Of a stretch of 64,000 nucleotides of DNA, positions 57,004 to 64,000 are shown one piece after another (within the stretch, counting starts at the first letter, position 1; every line of letters begins with the position of its first letter). A model generated the notes under the pieces. The model saw only the letters and a list, made by a program, of their open reading frames with translations. It made no database searches and was not told the DNA's origin. The position numbers and the translations under genes are program-made. The stretch spans positions 1 to 64,000 of the IMG/VR virus record IMGVR_UViG_3300008262_000018. One strand, 5' to 3'. Source of the DNA: a virus.

Positions 57004-59418
57004 ATGAGACAATATTACTCTGGTATTACACCCGTTTTTCCTGATCCTGTACTTTACTCTCCAGATTTTTCCTATATGGATAAAATGCTGCAGCGTAAAG
57101 AGCAACAGTATAATAGTGGATTTAGCAAACTAGCTAATCAATGGGCGTATATTTCAAGACCTGTAACAAATCCTGAAAATGCAAAGGTTAGGGATGCTTT
57201 TTTAAAACAGGCTAAAGAAAATTTAAAAAATCTTTCTACATTAGATTTATCTGAGTATCAAAATGTTGAGGCAGCTATGAACGTTTTTGCTCCTTATCAA
57301 AACAATGAAAATCTTATTGGAGATCAAGAACTTACAGCATTTTATAATGAGCAAGAAAATATAGCTGAAGGATATAGAAATACAGAAGGAGGTAAGTATT
57401 TTAATGAAGATAATTTAAATGATATTAGATTACAAAGATCTTTATTTGCTCAAGCTAAACCTACTGATTGGAAATCATTTTATAGTGGTAAAAGACCTTA
57501 TAATCCCTATTATGATACTCAAGATGAGTATACTAAATTAATGGAGAAATTCAAACCATCAAGTGTTACAACAATTAATAAAAATGGTTTTTATATTACA
57601 ACAATCACTGATAAGTCTTGGTATAAAGAAGATATCCAAAGGTATTTAAATGGAATGCTTTCTGAGAAAGCTAAAAACCAATGGGAAATTGAAGCTCGTG
57701 TTAGGCTTAATTCTAATCCAGATGGCGTTAAAGAATTATATTTACAGCAATCTAAAGAGAGACTTCCTGCTATTGATAAAGAACTTAATAGAATAAATGT
57801 TGAACTTGTAAAAGCAAAAACACAAGAAGAAAAAGATGCTTTATTAAAAAATAAAGATTACTTTATAAATCTTAAAAAAGAGCTTTCTGATAATGTTTCT
57901 AAAATTGAAAAAGGTGATCAAAACTTTATAAGACAAAATTTAGAGTCATTTTCAAAATCAGTGTATATAAATGGTGTTATAGATAAAATAGCAACTGCAA
58001 ATCAGCATAAAGATATAGATCAAAAACTAGACTTTGATCAAGCTGCTTTAACTGTTTATCAGCAGCAACAACAAAACTGGAGAACTAAATATTCTGAAGA
58101 TGCACAAACCTATAGAACAAAATTAGCAATTGCAGCAGATGAGCGTAAGCGTAAAAGTGGTAGTGGTGATGATGGTGACGTACCTCCTATAACAGTATCT
58201 GACCCTGGTGGCACTTCAGATGTTAATGAACCATTAAATTTTGAACAACTAAAAGAAAAAGCAAGTCAAGCTAAAACAGAAACTGCTATTAAACATGATG
58301 AACTTGTAACTTATATTAAAAGTAGTACTAATAAAAAAGATTTAAGTGAAACAGAATTTCAAAGTTGGGTAGCAAGTCATCCTAATAATCAATTGGTTAA
58401 AGAGTATGTACAAAAAGCTCATAATCAACAAGCTTGGGAATCAATGGGTGAAAGAAGAAAAGAGGATGCGATGAGATTTGCTATTAATCAAATAGGAGAA
58501 GAAAATTATAATAAATTGGTCGAATGGAATAAGACAAAACAATATTATTCTCCCAATGAATCTGCTCCACCTGAACAAATTGTTCAATCAAGGGGGGATA
58601 TGTATAATCTTAATCGTGGACAACGTTTACAAACACAATTTCAAATAGACAAGTTTGCAAGGGAGCAAGCAAATACACAAACAGGTTTTGATGGAAATGC
58701 TTATAATAAACAATTCGATGCTTATGTTAAATCGTATCTTGCAGAAAAAAAGGATGTTGCTCTTAACACTAAAGGTTCTATGTATACAAAAAATGTAATA
58801 GGATTTAAACCAAGACAAGCAACTATAGCTGGTTTAGCAGGATTAGATGTAGATGATGTAACAAGCATTGTTGCAGTACCTACAACTAATGGATTAAACA
58901 TTAGTTTTAAAATTAATGAAAGTAAAGAAAATCCTTATAATGAAGACAAGCATACTATTATTGCTAATAGTATAACAACTAGACTTTCAGGTAGTGGAGC
59001 ATCTGTAGGAGAATATAATTCAGAAACTAAAACAATAACAGTTAGAAATGTACCTACATTAGATGCATTTATGGATGATGATGTTTACGGATCTATAGAT
59101 CATTCATATCATGTGCAAGTTAATGATATTGTTAACTGGAGAGGTAATATTCCAGGTGCAGATAAAATAATTCCTCTTGCTGTTAAAGATGCTGGAGGTA
59201 AAAATCGTGTATTTGAAATTAAAAAAGTAACAGGTTATAGTCCAGATTCTGATTTTTATATGTTATTAAATCCTCTAGATAGAAGTAATTTACATGAAGA
59301 TGTAACATATAGAAATATAGTTGCTCCATATAACGCATTAGCTTATTTATTAAATAATAATTCTGATGATATAGATCTTATGTTACAAACAAAAGCTAAT
59401 AAAAATAAAGGCCAGTAA
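57004..59418 (+). CDS. Putative ejection/virion protein
   Basis: 804 aa helical; Y.PDF..MDK.L..K..QY N-terminus; precedes the giant ORF. Confidence 0.7.
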   Translation: MRQYYSGITPVFPDPVLYSPDFSYMDKMLQRKEQQYNSGFSKLANQWAYISRPVTNPENAKVRDAFLKQAKENLKNLSTLDLSEYQNVEAAMNVFAPYQNNENLIGDQELTAFYNEQENIAEGYRNTEGGKYFNEDNLNDIRLQRSLFAQAKPTDWKSFYSGKRPYNPYYDTQDEYTKLMEKFKPSSVTTINKNGFYITTITDKSWYKEDIQRYLNGMLSEKAKNQWEIEARVRLNSNPDGVKELYLQQSKERLPAIDKELNRINVELVKAKTQEEKDALLKNKDYFINLKKELSDNVSKIEKGDQNFIRQNLESFSKSVYINGVIDKIATANQHKDIDQKLDFDQAALTVYQQQQQNWRTKYSEDAQTYRTKLAIAADERKRKSGSGDDGDVPPITVSDPGGTSDVNEPLNFEQLKEKASQAKTETAIKHDELVTYIKSSTNKKDLSETEFQSWVASHPNNQLVKEYVQKAHNQQAWESMGERRKEDAMRFAINQIGEENYNKLVEWNKTKQYYSPNESAPPEQIVQSRGDMYNLNRGQRLQTQFQIDKFAREQANTQTGFDGNAYNKQFDAYVKSYLAEKKDVALNTKGSMYTKNVIGFKPRQATIAGLAGLDVDDVTSIVAVPTTNGLNISFKINESKENPYNEDKHTIIANSITTRLSGSGASVGEYNSETKTITVRNVPTLDAFMDDDVYGSIDHSYHVQVNDIVNWRGNIPGADKIIPLAVKDAGGKNRVFEIKKVTGYSPDSDFYMLLNPLDRSNLHEDVTYRNIVAPYNALAYLLNNNSDDIDLMLQTKANKNKGQ

Positions 59419-59442
59419 ATAATTTTATAACCAGTTTAGGAT

Positions 59443-62400
59443 ATGGCAGAAAATAAACTTTTTGAGGGAATGCAGTTAGATCAAAAACTAGGAATGGATG
59501 AGTTTGAACAACAACTTGATCTAGAAGGTTTGGATAAAAAACCTTTTGAAGTAACTGCTGACACTTCATTACCAAGAAGAATTAAAACTGAAGAACAAGC
59601 TTTAAATGCACTTAATGATGCTTTTGTAAGAGGCACTCAAGCTACAAGAGGTGGTTCATCAGGATTGTACAATCCTAAAATTGTTCCTTACAATAGTGTA
59701 AAGAAGTATTTAGACATGCCTTATGGCTACAACTATGGTCTTGATAATGATAATTTTTACGCTAATCAAGAACATTGGTTAAAAACAGCTGGTAAAGGTA
59801 TTATGCGATTTGGTATAGGTACAGTTGCTAAAGTTGGTGAAGGTGCAGGTTTTTTATTAGGATTATCTAATCCATTAAACTGGGATGGTGATGTTATTTC
59901 TAATGCTGCTGATAATGGAATATCACAACTGTTTGGAGCACTTGACCAAAAAACAAAAGAAGATTGGTTTCCTCTTTACCAAGAAGCTGAAGATAGAGAA
60001 AAAGGATTTTGGAATAGACTATTTACTGATGGAGATTTTTGGGCTGGAGATATTGCAGATGGATTTGCATTTGCAGTATCTGTTTTTGTTCCAGGTATGG
60101 CATTGAGTAAGTTAGGATTAGGTGCAAAAGTATTAAGAGCAACTGCTCCTCTTAGAATTGGTACAGGTATTGCTGAAGATGCTGTTATTAATGCAGGAAA
60201 AGTTCAAAACTATCTCACAAGAGGTGCTCAAATAGCAAAAGGAATAGATAAGTTTACTGCATGGGGAACTATGACAGCAAGTGAATCTTTATTTGAAGCT
60301 GCTGAAATAAAAAGAAATATTATAAATTCTCTTACGCAAGATGAATTTGGAAACTATGTAATAAATAAAGAAACAGGTCGTCCATATACAGAAGAAGAAA
60401 AGAAAAGAATTGCTGGTCAAAACGCCCAAGGTGCTTTTTTGTTAAACACTGCACTTCTTGGAATGACTAATATTATACAGCTGAGATGGCTTGGTAAAAT
60501 ATTTAATGAAGGTGCTGAGTTAAGCACTAAACGTATTATAGGAACAAAAAATTTAACTGATGTTTTAAAACTTCCATCAGCATCAGGAAAAATATCAAAA
60601 TTTTTAGATGGTAAGTTAGGTGCGTTTTTTTCAGGTTTACCAACAGCTATTGCATCAGAAGGTTTTGTAGAAGAAAACTTTCAGCTTGCTATTCAAAGGT
60701 TGACCGAATCTTATGGTAAAAAAGGTAAAGTTAGAGACTATTTAAATGTAAAAGAACTTTTAGGTCAAGTTGGTAGTCAAACATTAAAAGCAATTTTGGG
60801 TGATGATCCTGAAGCTTCTACAAGTATTGGACTAGGTGGTTTGATTGGTACATCTATGTCAGGTGTATCTAATGTAATGAACTTTTCAAGAGAAAAAGTT
60901 AATAATGAAAACTTAGTAACATCATACAATAATGCACAACAAAATTGGTTAAAGTTTGGTAACATTTACAAAACACAAACAGTTGAAACAACAGATGATA
61001 GTGGAAATATTGTTAAAACAGAAAAAATAGTATTTGATCCTCAAGGTAGACCAGAAGAAGATGTAGAAAAAGTAGCTGGTGTTTTAACAGGATATAGAGC
61101 TGTTACATCAATGCTTGATGAGTCTGAAAAATTAAAAGATGGTTTGATAAAAACCACAATGCGCGATATGGCTTTTGCTGAGTTTGTAAAAGCACACATT
61201 AACGCTGGAATTGAAAGTAATCTTTTGGAGAAACTTGATGATGTAATAAAAGCATCACCAGAAGAAGTTGTTAAACTTGGGTTTATTCTTGATGATAATG
61301 TTGCAGATCAAGTAAATAGATATAAAAACTTGGCTTCAAAAATAATGAAGCAAGATAAGTTAATAAATAGAGATATTTTATTTGATAATACACCAGAAGA
61401 TTTAGCAAGAAAAAATACATTAATTGACTTAGCTTCTAAACAAGCTGTTTATGAAAACCTTAGAGATGAAATATCTAAGTCACAAACAGAATTAAAAAAT
61501 GAACTAATTGATACTAAAAATACATCTTTATCAGATGGATTAGTAGATCAACTTAATGATCTTGTTTATAGAATTAATGCACAAGAAGAGAAGTTAAATT
61601 CTTTAAAAAAGACTGGCGAGCAATCTTTTGCTTATACAATGGCTAATGATGTTCTTAATGATCTTAAATCTGACCTAAATGATTTATTAAAAAATAATGA
61701 GTTATCTGTTAAAGATATAAAGAAAGGAAAAGATGGTTTTTATAAATATGAAAAGAAGAGAAGAAATCGTCCTGGAATAGTAGATCAATATAATAAGAAA
61801 TCAAAAGTAAAAAGCGAATTAGAAAATTATATTGATGAGCTAGGATATGAGTGGGCAAAATATGCTGATGCAATAAATGGTAAGGATAACTTTCTTAAAA
61901 CTTATAATGAAGAAGTTATAGAACCATTAAATAATGATCTTACTAAAAAAGAAGAAGTAGAAAAAGAATTAGCATCAAGACCAAAGGTAGCTTCTGCAAC
62001 TATAAAGGATAGTGAAGGAAATGATGTAGATATTTCTTTTTCTGAAAAAGATGTTTACACAAGAGTTAATCCCACTACTAAAAAAACAGAAAAAATACAA
62101 GTTGAAAGTATTGACCTTGAAAAAGGTATGGTTATAGTTATTGCTCCTAATGGAACTTCAATAACTGCTCCCATTAAAGATTTTTCACAGGTGCTATTTA
62201 ATGAGCAATGGAAGTTAGAGAAAGTAAAAGAAAAACCAAAAGCTGAACCTAAAGAAGGACAAGATCCTTCTGAAACAGAAGAAGGTTTGTTTACAGAAAT
62301 TGAAGATGGTAAGCTTACAGCTGAAGAAGAAAAGTATGCACAAAGACCTAAGTTTCAAGAAGTAGGATTTGGTAAAACATTTGGTAGACAATTTAACGAT

Positions 62401-64000
62401 CCTCCTGCAAATACTATTCCAAACACTGAGAATGGCTCTGATAGATTCTACTATTTTACGGCTAAGCATAATGTTTACAATCGTTACTACTTTTTAAAAG
62501 TGGTAACAGCTGATAATGATGAGTTTAAAATTAGAGACTCAAAGCAGAATCCAGATGATATCAAAGTAGTCTTGATGAAGAGAACTAAAACTGGTGAAGA
62601 TCAGTTTAGGTATGACTATGTAGATAAAGATAATAAAATAATTCCTGAAGGATCTGCTACAAAAAATAATATTATATATAGATCTTTAATTGATATTAAT
62701 AATCTTGATATTGATAGAGTTAAAAGAGATTATACAATTGGAGGATTGACAGATGCTGAGATACAAAAAGCAATTGATGAACACATTGCTTTTCAAAAAG
62801 ATTTAGCTAAGAGGATAAAAGAAGGTGAGGAAGTATTTTTAAAAGCAGTTTCTACTTCTCCTGGTGTACATACAATAATGTACTCTAATGAGTTTGATGA
62901 AAAAGGTAATCCAAAACCAGCAGAGCAACCTTTAGAAGGTCGTATTATTGCTCGTGATCCTGACTTTGATGATTTAAGAAGTGCAAACAATCCTGAAATT
63001 AATATTGACTTAAGAGTTGTTACAGCAGATAATGTACCAGCTCAAGGTATTAGAGCAGGTCGTCTTGTTATGCAAGAGTACACTCTTGAGAATGGTAGAA
63101 AGATTTGGGGTGATAATATTTATAGAGTATTTAATAGACAGCTTGATGAAAATGAAAAGGAGAACATATATAATGCTCTTCTTAGACTTTCTGATTTGTA
63201 TATTAAAAAATATGGTAAGAAGAATTTCTTTGGTAAGAAAGTAAAAAAATCAACCAAACTTTCAAAAGAAGAAGAGTCTGAGTTAAATCTCATCACTGGA
63301 TATTTAAAAGGTGTTATTAATTGGTCTAAACCAAAGGCTAAAGAAAAGGTTTCTGATAAGAACTTTTGGATAAGCAATGGTTTGCATAGAGGTAGCACAG
63401 TTGTTCCTTTTGATAGAGCTAGTATTACAAAGAATAAAGAAAAACTTACAAAAGGACTCTACCATAATGTAAACAGTACATATCTAAAGGAAGATATGTC
63501 TTTTACTACTCTTAAATTTGACAAACTTGGGAAAGCTTCTAAAGATGTTAAATATGATACATATACAGAATACCTTTTAGCAAAAAGAGAAAAAGGTGCA
63601 CCACCTGTATACACATCTCTTCCTTTAGCAAATTCTGATATTCCACAAAGAACAAATGCTTATATTAAATGGCAAGAGGTTGGTGTTAAAGAAGATGTTG
63701 TTGAGGATACAAAGAAGAGAGAAGAGAAAATGGATGCTGCTTCATCAGCTCTTCCAAAAATAGATAGAGAGATCAATGAATTTGTTTCTTTAAAAAGAAA
63801 GTATTTAAAGATTAGAGGTGTCGAGTTTAAATTTACAATATCAAAAGATAGTGTTGTATTTAGTTTTAAAACAGAGAAAGGATATGAACAAAAGACTGAT
63901 CCTATTCCTTTAAGTGAAGTTCCTAAAAGAAGAGATGATTTAATTCAAGTTATTTCAAAAAGAACAGGGTATAAATACGGAGCTACAGCTGCTTTTCATA
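59443..64000 (+). CDS. Giant virion/ejection protein, truncated at window end (>1519 aa; absent from ORF track); locus where crAss phages encode virion RNA polymerase-associated giant proteins
   Basis: ATG 59443 MAENKLFEG...; frame open at all positions checked to the end; Gly/Ala hydrophobic segments and SEGFVEENFQLAIQ motif. Confidence 0.8.
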   Translation, partial: MAENKLFEGMQLDQKLGMDEFEQQLDLEGLDKKPFEVTADTSLPRRIKTEEQALNALNDAFVRGTQATRGGSSGLYNPKIVPYNSVKKYLDMPYGYNYGLDNDNFYANQEHWLKTAGKGIMRFGIGTVAKVGEGAGFLLGLSNPLNWDGDVISNAADNGISQLFGALDQKTKEDWFPLYQEAEDREKGFWNRLFTDGDFWAGDIADGFAFAVSVFVPGMALSKLGLGAKVLRATAPLRIGTGIAEDAVINAGKVQNYLTRGAQIAKGIDKFTAWGTMTASESLFEAAEIKRNIINSLTQDEFGNYVINKETGRPYTEEEKKRIAGQNAQGAFLLNTALLGMTNIIQLRWLGKIFNEGAELSTKRIIGTKNLTDVLKLPSASGKISKFLDGKLGAFFSGLPTAIASEGFVEENFQLAIQRLTESYGKKGKVRDYLNVKELLGQVGSQTLKAILGDDPEASTSIGLGGLIGTSMSGVSNVMNFSREKVNNENLVTSYNNAQQNWLKFGNIYKTQTVETTDDSGNIVKTEKIVFDPQGRPEEDVEKVAGVLTGYRAVTSMLDESEKLKDGLIKTTMRDMAFAEFVKAHINAGIESNLLEKLDDVIKASPEEVVKLGFILDDNVADQVNRYKNLASKIMKQDKLINRDILFDNTPEDLARKNTLIDLASKQAVYENLRDEISKSQTELKNELIDTKNTSLSDGLVDQLNDLVYRINAQEEKLNSLKKTGEQSFAYTMANDVLNDLKSDLNDLLKNNELSVKDIKKGKDGFYKYEKKRRNRPGIVDQYNKKSKVKSELENYIDELGYEWAKYADAINGKDNFLKTYNEEVIEPLNNDLTKKEEVEKELASRPKVASATIKDSEGNDVDISFSEKDVYTRVNPTTKKTEKIQVESIDLEKGMVIVIAPNGTSITAPIKDFSQVLFNEQWKLEKVKEKPKAEPKEGQDPSETEEGLFTEIEDGKLTAEEEKYAQRPKFQEVGFGKTFGRQFNDPPANTIPNTENGSDRFYYFTAKHNVYNRYYFLKVVTADNDEFKIRDSKQNPDDIKVVLMKRTKTGEDQFRYDYVDKDNKIIPEGSATKNNIIYRSLIDINNLDIDRVKRDYTIGGLTDAEIQKAIDEHIAFQKDLAKRIKEGEEVFLKAVSTSPGVHTIMYSNEFDEKGNPKPAEQPLEGRIIARDPDFDDLRSANNPEINIDLRVVTADNVPAQGIRAGRLVMQEYTLENGRKIWGDNIYRVFNRQLDENEKENIYNALLRLSDLYIKKYGKKNFFGKKVKKSTKLSKEEESELNLITGYLKGVINWSKPKAKEKVSDKNFWISNGLHRGSTVVPFDRASITKNKEKLTKGLYHNVNSTYLKEDMSFTTLKFDKLGKASKDVKYDTYTEYLLAKREKGAPPVYTSLPLANSDIPQRTNAYIKWQEVGVKEDVVEDTKKREEKMDAASSALPKIDREINEFVSLKRKYLKIRGVEFKFTISKDSVVFSFKTEKGYEQKTDPIPLSEVPKRRDDLIQVISKRTGYKYGATAAFH

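Noticed and set aside
62950-62980. DPDFDD as RNA polymerase catalytic DxDxD
   Set aside because: Context does not match NADFDGD or the crAss DFDID motif
2087-63398. Many 60-140 aa minus-strand and alternate-frame ORFs in the track
   Set aside because: They lie entirely within long, coherent + strand genes and have biased F/I/L/S composition typical of shadow ORFs
1-64000. Stop-codon reassignment as in some Crassvirales
   Set aside because: Long genes are intact in code 11 with near-complete coding density; TAG (9662, 17797, 24443) and TGA (2729, 42338, 56934) act as stops

Overview
About 64 kb of an AT-rich, Bacteroidota-infecting crAss-like (Crassvirales-type) phage genome in the standard genetic code, covering nearly the whole late/structural arm on the + strand. 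In order: small DNA-binding and nuclease genes, a GT4 glycosyltransferase, a structured RNA plus an atypical tRNA, terminase, portal, scaffold-like protein, major capsid protein, a run of tiny lysine-rich ORFs, ring protein, ferritin, putative auxiliary capsid protein, two proteases, a cluster of Cys-rich/poly-Thr (mucin-like) paralogs next to a glycosyltransferase-methyltransferase-glycosyltransferase operon, a metallophosphoesterase, IHF-like, tail ring/tube and muzzle genes, then large cargo/ejection proteins ending in a giant ORF that runs off the window. Most notable: (1) a candidate virion protein O-glycosylation system; (2) cargo polyproteins punctuated by about 25 copies of an x-x-G-G motif, often followed by a Thr-rich tag, which delimit ART-like and zincin modules; (3) an exact TAAAAACCAA leader motif before six genes, with a complementary sequence displayed in a hairpin loop at 33.8 kb; (4) a variant TTTG-N19/20-TAwATTwT promoter with a palindromic operator; (5) a tRNA with a 38-nt variable arm; (6) a T9SS-CTD-like protein. 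All family calls come from motif recognition and gene order, not database searches.
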